Shown here: positions 25,042-40,860 of the stretch, piece by piece | Position numbering within the stretch: position 1 is the first letter of the stretch | Layout: the number at the start of each line of letters is the position of its first letter | Assembly: GCF_009914755.1 (NCBI RefSeq) | Contig: NC_060925.1 | Reading direction: 5' to 3' (one strand) | Length of the DNA stretch: 64,000 bases | From: the human T2T-CHM13v2.0 reference genome, Homo sapiens | Notes under the pieces: generated by a model | Told to the model about the DNA's origin: nothing | What the model saw: only the letters and a program-made list of their open reading frames with translations | The model's database searches: none | Program-made: the position numbers and the translations under genes

Positions 25042-28000
25042 AGATTTTTTATTAATTCATATTAAGATAAATATGTGAGTATTTGAAATTTTTGAGAAGC
25101 TTCTCTCATACCATCTTAGCATCAGCCTGTCAGCTGCTTTGGAAAATACCAGTTTGGTAGGAAGGGCACCAGCCTAGCAGTTTTGGACCCTAGGATCTGA
25201 TTTTAACTTCTCCATTAATTTGCTGTGTGACTATCCCACTCTCCCGGGTCCGTAAAATGAAAGGGTGAGTCCGGATGATCCCATTCTAAGATTATTCGAT
25301 GGGCAATAGGATTTAGAAGGAACACCCCACCTATGCTCAAAATATTTTTTAAAGACTAATTTGATGCCTTCCCAGCTTCCTGCCTCTAGGATGAAGCATC
25401 TGCCTCTAGAGAACCCTGGCAAAGAATAGCTGTGCCAGTGACAAGGGATGCTCCATTTCCTGGGAGCATAGGACAGAGCCTTATTCCAGCTCCAGTCAGC
25501 AGCCCTGCACCAAGCATCTGCTCTGGCTCGGGCCTTCTACTAGGGCTGGGGCTCCAGAGACAAATAAGACCCAGTGCCTGTCCTCAAGGAATTCATAGTC
25601 TCTTGGGGCTGATAGGCAGGCAAACAAATAAATCATGGCATAATATTGGAAATTCTAAGGTTGACATAGGTACCAAGTCCTAGGGAGAGTGCAGAAAAGG
25701 GAATGCTTAATCTGCTTGAGGTGTGGAGGAGAGTCACAGATCACTAGAAGGGGTGATGCATGACTGGGTCTTGAAGGATGCATAGGATTTTGCCAAGTAA
25801 AGAAGGGAGTGGAGGGATCTGAGCAGGATACAACAGCAAGGATAAAGGCCTATAGGCTGGAAAGGGCCTGGGGCACGTGGGAGAGTCGGGAGGCAGGGGT
25901 GAAGGATGTGTATTGCAGGTAAGAAGTGAGGCTGGAGGGGACACAGGGGACAGATGAAGTGCATTTGCTGGAGGTAAGCCAGTCCTGCAATTAGACAAAT
26001 TCCCTAGCTGTAGGCCCCCTGGCCCACTGGCATTCACGGAGGCCTGGACTCTGCTGGCCCCACCCTGGGAAGCATGAAGCCCCCCTTTCCCACTGAAAAT
26101 GCCACTGGTGCTGTTTGCCCCATGCAGACAGGAAGAGCACTCCAGAGGGACAGGGCTTCAGAGCAAGAAGCAGAGGTTGGTCTTTTGACAAGGTGCTGCC
26201 TCCTTCTAACCCAGGTCCTGCAGCTGCGACAGCCACACTAGTTATAAAGCAGCCCCTCTCGGCTATATGGATCCAGAGAAACATTGAAGCCAAAATAGGG
26301 GTGTGGCCAGGTCCAGGCTCTCTTCTTCCTGGACCTCCTCGTCCTCACCTGCAAAGTGATAACAGTAGCAAATGCTTATTGAACACTTGCTGTACCCCAA
26401 GCACTGTGACAAGCTCCTGCTTGTATTACCTCACTCCTAAAATCTTTGCAACCGCTCAGGAGGTGCATGCCACTAGTATCCTCATTTTACAGGAGAAAGA
26501 ACTAGTGCAGAGAGGTTAAGCCACCGGCTAAGGGGTTGCGCAGCTTGTAAGTGGCCATGCTGAGTTTTGAACCCATTTGGCCTGCTTCCTGTACTCTCTG
26601 CCTTCTTGCTTCTCTGCAGAAATCCCTTCCAACTTGACCTTCTGTGATTCTGAGGCTGCTTGGACTTCCCATCCTGACCTTATGTGGCTCTTCGTGTCTC
26701 AGGGGCTCCAGCCACAGCTGGAGGTGGCCCCGGACCCCGTGGCTGGGCCGCTGTGGAAGGTCACAGGGCTGCCCTTCCCTGCCTCGGCAGTCACTGGATG
26801 GCAGCTTGGCTCTGCTGTGTTGTCTCTGGCCTCGTTATTATTATTACTTCTTTCCAGCATGCTGCTAAAAGCTTCCCGCAGACAACACACAATCCAGCTC
26901 TTTAAAATTTAAAGGGCTTTACTTAAACAATGTTATTTCCCTCGGAAAGGAGACAGAAGAGGCATATGCGATAGTTATATTTAGTGCGGCGTGTGGGTCT
27001 GAGCAGATGAGTGTGGTGTTTGGTGGGTGTGCAAGTGACCAGGGAGATGTCATCCATGGTGATGGGGCCAGGGCAAAGGCACTCGAGGGGAAGATGTGCC
27101 GCCAGCATCCCCTCCCTCTCCTTCCCCAGAAAGTGTGGCCTCAGAGAGAAACTACTGTGCAACGTTCTGGGAAGAAGAGGAGGATGGTTGCCATCTGAGG
27201 GACTCACTGGAGAGACATAAAACTGGACAGGAGGCCCTGTCCCCCTGCCACACAGGCTCTCAGCACTGAAGACACAGCACTCCTAGCTGCCCCAGGGCCT
27301 TTGCACATGTGGTTCGAACTCTGCGGGAACCCACCTTCTTCTTTGGACTATATCTTCTTCATGATTCAGGTCTCATCTGGGACATCACTTCATTCATTCA
27401 ACATGTATTTTCTGTGTACCTACTATGTTCACAACACCATGGGGCACAAAGACCAGTTGTGACTCCTCTTCATGTCCCCTGAGTCTGGCACAGGTCCTGG
27501 TGCAGGGCAGGTATCAGTACGTGTTTAGGAAATTACCAAGGCCTGTGTGGATGCTCTGGGGTCTGGAGGACAGATACGGCTACCTCGTTGGAAATTTACA
27601 GCAGAGACATCAAGAACTCTGAATGAACTGATTAAAGCTGGCAGAGCCATACCTGCTCAGGGAAGGAAGGGAGAGTTCACTTCCTTTCTCCTTTAGTGCA
27701 TCTATTGATTCATTCATTTATTCATTCAACTCATGTTTATTGGACCCCTGCTATGTTCCAGATAGTGTGCTGGGCACTGGCGATACAGTGGTGAATAGGC
27801 CAAAGATAAAACCTTCCCTCTGGGAGCTTACCTTCTAGAGTGTGTGACCAGCCAGCTAACACATACGTGAACAGATAACGTAAGGAAGTAGTAACTGCTA
27901 TGAAGAAGACTAAGACCCAGAAGAGTAATGGTGAAGTGTGGGGGTTCAGGATTGGGCAGGGGCCCTATTGATGGAATATCTATGTTCCAGACCCTGCGCA

Positions 28001-29706
28001 GGCCTTGGGGCTGCCAAGAAGTCAAGAAAGGTAATCAACAACTACAGGAAATGTTCAGGAAAAAGGAGGAAGCCAGGATAACCCAGTTAGTAGTGACCAG
28101 GGGAGGCTTGCTATCAGGGAGGACTTCGGTGAGGTTCTGAGAGCTGAGTGGGGCCTTGAAGGATGGGAGGCCATAGGCAGGACTTAGCAGCCGGCCTTTG
28201 GTTTTCAAACTGTGCTCCTTTGAACCCCAACTTCCCATAGAGGTGCCCCAGGGGACCACTTTGGGAGGCGAGAATGTGGCTCAAGATGATGGTTGAGGGG
28301 GTTCTCGTGCCCCAATCAAGCTGAGAGCTCGCTTTGGCTCTTTCACAGATGGGGCTTCAGTTCCAGCTTCACTTTGAATGAAAATAAAATAGCCAAGAAA
28401 AGGAATTTGAAAATGAGTGGGCTGGATGATGGGGAGGAAGTGCAGGCCATCTGGGCTGGGGGAGGTTCTGGAGATTTTCTGCTTGGTTCCACCCTCCTTT
28501 CCTCCACATGTGGGGAAACTGAGGATTAGAGAGGCCTTTGGGTTGTCCCAGGTCATCAGCAGGAGGGGGCCAGATCTGGGATAAATGCCTCTGACTTCTG
28601 CCTCTTTCCAAGCTGGGAGGGAGGCCTGTGAGAAAGCCCACCTTGACTCTGACCCTGGACCCGAGGCTCACAGCTGCTGTTGGGGATCCTGACTGCGGCA
28701 GTGACCCCCTACTTGTGGCTCCTCCACCCCAAGCCCAGCTGCAGGACACCCCTTCTGAACCTCTCCTCTGCCAGCCCAACTGGCCTGCCCCACCCTCATG
28801 GGAGCCCTGAATTAAATGAAATATTTTATGATCCCATGCTTCGTTATGTTTTATTAAAAGAGCTGGTGCTGGCTTCCGCTGGCACAGCTGCTGGGCCCAG
28901 TCCTGAGGCTTCCTCCCCCCACACCCCCTCCAGAGCCGACAGCTGCCACCCATCCTCCACCCCTACCACCAGGAACAGCCAGGGTGTCAGGTGCTGATGA
29001 GATGAAGGGAAATCCTGCAGGTGGGGACAGATTGGGGAATTTGGAATGATAATCCTGCCTGGTGTTCACACATCCCATTAGATGCCCCTCACCCTGCATT
29101 TCTGACCCTCCCCACGTACCCCATGCAAATACAAGCCCAGGCTGTTGTCCCTTCCCAGGCTGCTCATGTTCCATCTACCAGTGACCACATGGAACTCCTT
29201 GCTCTCAGCTAAGTCACTGGCTAGATGGGTCATCTTGAACAGAGCACATGACCACACTGAGCCTCAGTTTCTTATCTGCAAAATGGGAGTTGGCCAGGTC
29301 AGGCAAGGGCTTTGGCCTCATGGGCTGACATTCTGGTGGATGAGAGAGGAATGAACATACAGATACATAACCTACCTCTGGCTGTGGAGCTATGTGAGGG
29401 GAGTACAGCAGGGCTGTGGGATAGTGAGGGACTCGGGAGCAGAGCAGCTTCTCTAGATTGGGTGGTCAAGGAAGGCTTCTTGGAGGAGGTGCCCTATGAC
29501 CTGTCAGTTTCAATATGGAAGTCATGAGGAAAGATTCCTGGCATCTAGATATTTCTGGTGGAGAAGCAGTCCTCCTCCGGACAGTGCTGTGTGGTATCAG
29601 GGCCACGTGGAGAACTTAGGGTGGGGCCTACTTAGGTCTGAATGAGAGCTGAGCCACCTGCTAGATGGGTCATCTTGGACAGGGCACGTGACCGCTTTAA
29701 GTCTCA

Positions 29707-30081
<375 letters not shown>

Positions 30082-31822
30082 TTAATTCACGGTGGGCTCC
30101 CTCACTAAAGGAGAGAGGGCATTTAATCAGGTCTTCATTCAAGGGAAGAGATTAGTGATACTCTTGGATATTATTATTATTGTTGTTAGCTAATACTAAT
30201 GGATAACTTACTACTCGTTTATCCAATATTTATTGGTCTCCTACTGTGTGCCTGGGAGGTGGTTCTGAACAGGAGGCAAGAGCTTTGGCTGCATGGGCTG
30301 ACATTCTGGTGGATGAGACAAGAATAAACATATGGATAAATAACCTACTTCTGGCTGTGAACCTCTGTGAGGGGAGTAAAGCAGGGCTGTGGGATTGTGA
30401 GGGACTCAGGAGCAGAGCAGCTTCTCTAGATTGGGTGGTCAAGGAAGGCTTCTGGGAGGAGGTGCCTTATGAGATGAGTAGGGAAGAAAATAGCAGGAAA
30501 AGTCTGGCTCAGCCCTGGTGTTGGCGTCTCCTGGCCAGGGCGTATGTTTGTAGCTGATTCCTTCCCTGGATGGGGCCTTCGCTGGACTCTGACCCCATTG
30601 CTGGGAATCTGTCACTGGTAATTCCCTCCCACCAGTGATGCAAGCTCAGCTGGCCCATGACAGTGTCCCCTTTGGCCCTGGGGAGACCCGAGGAAAGAGC
30701 ATTCCAGGCCCCAGGGAAGCAATTCTAGACCTGTTCTTATTTAATTCTTGCAGAACTCCACGTGGTGGGCCCTACTGTATTCTCCATTTGCAGATGAGGA
30801 GACTGAGACTCAGAGATGAAACTCCCCTAGTGGGTTTGTGGAGGAGCTGGGATTTGACTCCATCACTACTGAGTTAGCCACTGTCTCTTGCTCATTCGCT
30901 GTGTGTGTGTGTGTGTGTGTATGTCTCTGTGTCACATGGGAGGATGATGGAGGGAAAAAGCCCACCCCTCACCTCCTTTTATTTCACCTTGAACCCCAGG
31001 ATACCTCTGGACAGGGTTGGAGCCTCCAGCGCTTGGGTGAGTGGGCTGAGTGGCCTGGAGCCCACAGAGTATTGATGGCTCTCAAAGCTGGCAGGCATTG
31101 GGAGGCAGAAAGGTATTAATTAGCAGTTATTCCCCAGCAGTGGGGAGATGGATAGAGATTAAGGTGGCGGTCCGTGCATCCGTTTTGTAGCAGCTGAGGA
31201 GCAACAGTAAGTCAGTGCTATGAATCGATGCTGTAAGAGGGAGATACGTTTTAATCTTATTAGCAGTATAGCGTTATGGGGAGAGAGGCAGGAGAATTCC
31301 TCACTCAAGGTGCCTGGGTCAGGAAAAGGGGAGAGAGAGTAACCGGGGCTTGGACCATCTGGGAGGGCACCAGGATGGCAAATTTTACTCAGGTTGGGAA
31401 AAGGCAACGGGCAGGGAAATGAGAGGTGGGAGAGGAGGTGAGAGGCAGGAAAGGAGTGCTGGGTCAGCAGAGGGGGACCCTTCCAGTCTTCCCAAGGGTG
31501 TCTGTCATGGATGCAGTTCTCTCATGTGCCCCCTCTAGCTCCTCCCCATGAATAAGGGCTCTGAGTTGGACATTGGTTCAACCACGCCACCTCGATGAGC
31601 CTCTGACTCTGGCACTGGCCCTTCTGAGGTTATTGGCCTGGCCATGCCACCCACGGGCAAGACTCAGAGGCTGAGAAGGGGTCAGTGGGTGGAGGCATAC
31701 AGGCCAGCACTGTGGGGCTGGTGAGGAGGGAGCCATCATGGAAAGCAGCCTCAGCAGGTGCAGTCTCGTATCGACCCAGCAACCCCTCATGGTAGGCATC
31801 TTGTCCCCATGCACAGAGGATA

Positions 31823-32155
31823 TGTTGTGATTTGAATGTCTGTCTCCTCCAAAACTCATGTTGAAATTTAATTGCCATTGTAGCAGTATTAAAAGGTGGG
31901 ACTGTTAAGAGGTGATTAGGTCACGCGGGCTCCACACTCATGGGTCGGATTGGTGCTGTTATCAATGGGTGAGTCTGGCCCCTCTTGCCCTTCCGCGCGC
32001 CTTCCAACATGGGATGACACAGCAAGAGGGGCCTCGTCAGATGCCAGCCTCTCCATCTTTCCAGCCTCCAGAACCATGGGCCAATACATTTCTGTTCATT
32101 ATAAATTACCCATGTTGTGATATTTTGTTAAAGCAGCACAAAACAGGCTAAGACA
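31823..32155 (+). mobile_element. MaLR LTR (MSTD-like)
   Basis: tg..ttgaatgt..ctccaaaactcatgttgaaatttaattgccattg ... agcagcacaaaacaggctaagaca. Confidence 0.8.
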
Positions 32156-33664
32156 GAGGGGCAGAGGTGCAGGAGGTAAACAGACTTGCTGAGTATGGGC
32201 GGCACCAGGACTTGGTCCTACCTCTGAGTGACAAAAGCCCAGTGTCCTTCTGCTCTAAGCACTGGACACCACCCCCCAACCCCATCCCACAAAAGCCGTG
32301 GGAAACCCTGTGACCCTGTGAGGTCTGGCCTTTGAGTGTGACAAGGGGCTTAGAAGTGAGACACCCTCTTCTTCTCTTTCTCCCTTGCTTTAGTTCAACT
32401 CTTCACACCAGGATGAGAAGTTCCTGTGGGAAGAAGACTGGGAGGAAGAGAAAAGACAGAAACGGAGCAGTCAGGATGAACCATGAGCACCTACCATTCT
32501 GTTCCACCCAGGGCAAGGGGCTGGCTCTCTCTGGGCCTCGTTTTCCTTACCAGACCTCTGAGGGCTCTTCTAGCTAGAACATTCTCTGATTCTGTGTCTC
32601 TCTCTTCTTAAACCATCAGTTGTCCACTGTATCATGTAATCCTCTCAGTAGCCCCTGTGACATAAACATCATTAGCCCCATTTTCAGGATAGGTAAACTG
32701 AGGAACTCAGAAAGGGTTAGTAACTCACCCAAGGTTACACAGCTAGTGAGTGTCAGAGCCCGGATTCAAATCCAGATCAGCTGGCTCTCAGGAGCTCAGA
32801 ACTCTTCATTACACAGCACACCTCCTTGTCTGAATATCAGGACATTTGTGGAGAAAAAAAATGTTACCTGAGAAAAAAGATGACTCCAGACCGCTTGTGG
32901 AGAGCAGCAGCCCTCCTACAGGTGTGCAATGGACCCTCCTGCCACTCAGCCACCTCAGAATCTGTCCATGTCCGGCTGTCCCTGTTGGCCCCCCTGCTCT
33001 GATGGCTGAGCCAGCCCTGGAGAATACAGCTCTCACAGCCTGTATGGGGGACCTGAGTGCCCCTCAGCTCTGACAGCCTCGGGCCGGCTGATGGAGATGT
33101 CTTTGAGGTCCGTCTAGGCGGCTGAGGACAGAGCCAGGCCCGAGGGAGCTGCATGTCTTGACCTCCTCATTTCCTCTATCCAGGGAGGAGAGAATGGAGC
33201 TCCCCGTGGATTGAGAAAAACCCCTCCAGAAAGATGGCCACTGCTAGAGGAAAGGGGTCCAGCTGAGGCTTCCTGTCCCTGCTTGGGGAGGGGCATACCT
33301 GAGGCAGATTTTTGTTTTTTTCTTCACGTGTCTCAGAAGCAGAAACCACACTGGTAGCTCAGACATAAACTCCCAACCCTAGCTTCTGAACCCAGAGGTT
33401 GATGAAGACATCGCTTTTCCATCCCAGACTGATTTTCTCATCTATACCTCCAGCTAGGAGCACACTGTCATATAAAGTGAACGGATGAAGGATGTGGGAG
33501 GCAGTTTCAAATCCTGGCCCACCGCCTACAAGCTGTGTGATGCTGGGCAAGTTACTTCACATCTCTGATGTTATGACAATTAATTGCTACATGTAATTGT
33601 TAAGAATCAAATGACATGATTTTATCTCTTTGTTCACTTACAGAAAGGTGTGTTATAAAATTTA

Positions 33665-34110
33665 ATTATATTAGCCATGGTAACACTTGTTGCTATAACA
33701 AACCCCCAAATTTCACTGGCACAAGCTCGATAGAAGTTTATTTTTAGCTCACATCACAGTTCACTGAAGGTATCTCTGTAGGCGGGTGGTTTTCCTCCAT
33801 GTGCTGACTCAGGGATCCAGGCCTCCTTCTGTCTTGTGGCTCTGCCATCTTCTGGGGCACATAGTCCTTTCCAGGCAGTGGAAGAGGAAAGGTAGAGGAC
33901 TGTCTTCTACTTCTTATAAGCCTGGAAGTGGCACATGCCTTCTCCTTATGGTTCATATACAAAGGTCACTGGCCACACTTGCATGCAGGAGAGACTGGGA
34001 AATGTATCAAGGTGGTAGGGGTGGGGGTTGAGGGGTGGTTTGCCTTCCAGAGACAACTCTGTATAATGCTGAGGAGGAGAGATATGAATTTTTGGTAGCC
34101 AGCTGCTATC
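33665..34110 (-). mobile_element. MLT1-type MaLR LTR
   Basis: gctataacaaacccccaaatttc..agtttattttt..ctcaggg atccaggc..ggaagtggcaca..ggctggga-like motifs. Confidence 0.65.
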
Positions 34111-34321
34111 TCTACTTTAATAAATACCTCATTTACTTGCCTGCTTTACCCCTTCTGTGAAATCCATGAAGACAGTGTTTCTGTTTGTCTTATTGATCCT
34201 GGCTTATTAATTTCTGTAACCCTAGCACCTAACACTGTGCTGGACACAGAATATGTTTATCCAATATCTGGATGAATGGATGGATGGATGGATGGATGGA
34301 TGGAATGATAGTAAACCAAAC

Positions 34322-34416
34322 CACACTGACCTATGACCTATGACCTATGACCTATGACAAACACACTGACCTATGACAAGGTCATATCTATGACCCATAG
34401 ATTTGACCCATAGATT
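34322..34416 (+). repeat. (TGACCTA)n heptamer tandem repeat plus (TGACCCATAGATT)2
   Basis: TGACCT at 34327, 34334, 34341, 34348 and 34367; AGGTCA at 34379; TGACCC at 34391 and 34404. Confidence 0.9.
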
Positions 34417-37276
34417 TCCCCTGGATTTATGGTCAGCCCTGTGGGCATAGGGCCCTGCCTGACTCATTGACTGTCAGATTCCCATCACTGAGCATGGTGC
34501 ATGGCAAAAGGCAGCTTTTCAGTGTTTGTTGAATGGAAGCCTTAGAGAAGACCTTTGGAAAGGTCAGTATTAGAATCTGGGCTCAGCCTCAGCAGCCCCA
34601 GCCTGTAGGCAGAGGGATGGCCAAGATGGCTGAGATATGAGCTAATTCCCACACTGCAAAATGACCGCAGAGATTTACCCCATGATTGCGTTCTGGGTCC
34701 TGGCCACCTCTTGGGCTGTCAGGCAAGGAGGGAGGGAAGCCCCTTTTCTTCTCCCTGGCAAAGACTGAGAGTTGAAACCTCACTTCCAGGGGCCCCACCC
34801 AATCCATCCTGTGCTCATGGGTCCCTTGGTGGGCAAGGGGGTGGGGGACCGCTGCTGGGTTTAACAGGGTCTGCAAACTTCCCCATGATGCCCTTAAAAG
34901 GTGTCCTGCCATCCCTTAAGCATCTGGCAAGCCTCCTAGCATCTCCCTGTTTTCTTGTACTGGGCGGGGTCTGGCCTGTGGGGCAGAAACAGAGGCTCTG
35001 AGCAGGCGGGGGGAGTGGGGGAGGGAGGGGACGGAGACAGGGTTGAGTGTCTTCCTTTCTTCTTGCCAGACCAGTGAGAATTTGGCTTTAAATTTTTAAC
35101 CTAAATAGAGTTATATTCATTCTCTCTCCCTCTAGATGCAAAGCACTTTTTTGGAGCAATTAAGGAAAAGCATAAATCAGTCCGGTTTTAAAAGCTCAGG
35201 CTGACTTTGTGGATTGCTAAAATTAGCGTCTCCATAAAGGAAGAGGGAGGGGGAAGGGAAAGCTGGATTTGGCTTCAAGATACCCATGCACTGAGGCTGG
35301 GGGTGAAGCCAGGCCTCTGGCCCCAGCCCCAACCTTCCTGAGGCCCCCAGAGCATGTGAGCCAGGGCTCCGGTTCCATCTCGCCTCTGCTGAGCAGCGGA
35401 GCCTTTCTGGTCTAACCCCCATGTCACGGCTTCCCTGATTCCAATTTGGCGGAAGACAGTGGGTTTGCAGAGTGGCTGGGTCTGCACTCGGCTTCACTAC
35501 ACAGCCGCTGTGTGGCCCTGGACAAGTCGCTTCACCTCTCTGGGCGCCCCCGCTTCTCCATCTGACAAATGCGGCTGTAATTTACCCTTCATGGCATTGT
35601 CCAGTGGGATCATCTGAGCAAATGTGCTTTGTAAATGGACAGGTGCTCCATGCTGCCGCTTTCAGGTAATCTACAGCCTCCTCCACCTGACTGCACTGCC
35701 AGCCCCCTTGCACCACCATCTCCTTCAGATCTTCCCCTACCAACAGTCTGCCCCATGGCACGGAGCTCAGAATACAAAGTAACCACTTTCCTCCCGTGAC
35801 CCCTGCCTCGGTTTATAATGACACGTCCTCAGGCCAAATCCTTCACTATTGGACAACTGCCGATCCCCGTTATGGGGCTGGAAGCCTCCGGTGGGGGGCT
35901 TTGTTGGCTTGGTCACTGCAGGCACGTTGTAGGGGCTCGTGAATATTTACTTGTGGATGAATAAATTCATGATGACCACACGGGTCAGTGACTTCACTCC
36001 TCAGCTTTCTAAGCATAAAATGAGAATAATAAGAATATTTACTTTGCAGGGGAGAATAAAATGAGCTAAATCCCTTATTTAAGAGATCTTTATCAAGTTT
36101 TGATAATGTGCCAGGCTTTGGAGACAGCAGCGAGCAGCATGGGGAGGTTCTATACCTTCAGGTAGCTACAAACTAGAGGAAGGTAATGTGTGTTTTAGCA
36201 CCTAGGAGAGTGGCTTACCAGTTACTCTTAGTAGAACCATGAGTGAGTGAGTGAGTGAATAAATGAATGAATAAAAGGAAAACCATCTTCTGTGGCCCCC
36301 GTTAACCCTCCTCTGTGGCCTTCCCATTACCTGGGGAGCTGGCATTTTTGCTGTTTAGAGGTCTGATTCTGCTGTCACCCTCTCTGAATTTTCCCCTTCT
36401 GTAAGGGGGGCAGAGAGGCTGTCATCTCAAACCCCATTTGAGCTGCCAGAGATGTTCTGATTCCTTGTGGACATGGCCTCAGAAGCTTCTGAGGCAGAAA
36501 TCCTATAACCAGCCCTTTCCTCCTCTGGTTCTTCTCTGTGACCAGCTTTGATGCCAGCTCATCTCCCTGGGGGAGGGTTAATTACTCGCAGGCACTATCC
36601 GCTCATCTCCCAGGCCTCTTATCTGAGACATAAGCATTTAGGCAAACACATTAGGCCAGAGCAGGGCAGAGCCTTTGGACAAACATCTCTGGGCTTTTCC
36701 TGGGCTGTGGATGCACATGGGCATTGGCCTGGCCTCCTCAGTGCCCACCCCCCTCTTCCCCACCACAGCACCCACCACAAAGACCTGTCCAGCCCACACC
36801 TTCAGGGTGGACCTCACAGGTACTGAAAAACCCCAGCACCCAAGCCCAGGTCCTCTGCCCCAGGGTCCATGGGCAGTGAGAGTCCACTGTGGCTGGCTCC
36901 TCCCCGACTCAACCTGCTCAGACCGGGGCCTCAGTCAGTTACAGTGAGACAGAGAAATCCTACATAGGGTTCCACAGCCATGCCTGGGAGATTAGAGGAT
37001 TCTCTGTGATTTAGATTGAGCAACAGATTTTTCTGGAGGAAAAGGGCTGCTACTGAGCATATGCTCACTCCAGGCCCTGGGCTTTGAGCTTCCACGCACA
37101 TCAGCCCACGCCATCCTCCTGTCAGCTTAGTGAGCTGGGGTATTGAGCTCCTGTTACAGATGAGGACCCCAAACCCCAAACGTGAAATGGCTTCCTTCAG
37201 GAAGCTGGGGAGAGAAAATCACATTGACTGGGTGTTTCCTGGGGCAGGCTCTGCCCAAGATGCCTCACTGACCTGT

Positions 37277-39519
<2,243 letters not shown>

Positions 39520-40529
39520 CCTGTCTTCCTTAATGCTCACCCCACCCTAAGAGATTGGAGCCACTGTTATTCTTGTTTCACAGATGGGGAAACTGAGGCT
39601 CTGAGACATGCAGTCACTTGCCCAAGATCCCGTGGCTGGTGAGAGGCAGCACCATATTTCATAGCTGGGCGTGGGAAACTCCAAAGTCCCTCCTTTGTAC
39701 AGTGCAGGACAAAGCCCACTGAGGAAAGCCACTTTGGGGGGATGGAGACATAGAGAAAGTTCATAACTCTAATATATTTGCATGGATTTCTACCACATAT
39801 GAAGGATTTTCATGTGTTTATCATCTGGTGATCCTACCACAACCCTTTGTGGTAAGCAAGATAGGTATTTATTTAACAAATATTTATGTAGTGCTTACTG
39901 TGCGCTGAGAAGTCTTCTAAGCGCTTATAAATATTAATGTGTGTAATCTGCATTAAAAACTCCATGAGTTAGATTCTATTATTTTCTCCATTTTATAAAT
40001 GGAGAAAACTGAGGCACAGAGAGGTTATGTAGCTGACTCAAGGCCACACAGCAAGGGAGTAGCAGAGCTGGGATTCTGTTTCCAGCAGATCTGACCTGGC
40101 GATAGAAGCCAGGGCCATCTTCTTTCTCTCCCTGTCTTTGGCCCACCGTGTCCCCAGCAACAGGACACATGATCCATGCTGGGGACACATGCAGCTGCCC
40201 CAGGGTTGGGCTGAAGATAATGGGTTCGTAAGTGACAGGTGGGCTGAGCTGGGATTAACAGAGCCAGAGACAGTTTGCTCTGGAGCCCCAAGCATGGGCT
40301 ACAGAACCAGTGAGCTTTAAGATCCTTATCTCATCGAGGAAATATAATAATCCCTCGCAGGACATGTGGCCTCACTTTCTTCATTTCCACAGCTTTGTCC
40401 AGCTGTTTATCTCAATCCATCCTTACGATGGCCTGAGAAGTAAGCAGGGACCAGTGGGGTGTTGCTTGATCACTTGCTTCTTTGGGGTCTAGCACGGGGG
40501 ACCGTATTCCTACTACTGCTACTGTTATT

Positions 40530-40860
40530 GCTTGCTTTTGGGGTTCCCTTCAAAGCAGAGCCAGAGAGAAGGATTTGGATGCAGGGGTTTATTTTGGGAA
40601 TGACCCCAGGAGGTAGCAGCAGGAGGGATGTGGGCTGGGAAAAGAAAAGCAACTGATGCGGTTTTCACTTTTGCTCTCTCAGTGAGGGAACCGCTGACAG
40701 GCAGTGTGGGACATACTCTGAATCACCTGGCAAGGGGCGAGGAAGCTGGGGTACTGATCCTCTAACCCCCACCTCTCAGTGACCTGCCCCACACATGGGC
40801 CAAGTGCTCTCACAGCAGACTTCTTTTAGGTAAAGAAGTGCAAGATGCCAGCTTGGCATC
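40530..40860 (-). mobile_element. ERVL LTR16-like fragment
   Basis: gggttcccttcaaagcagagcc..aggatttggatgcagg..tttattttggga..gaccccagg. Confidence 0.55.
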
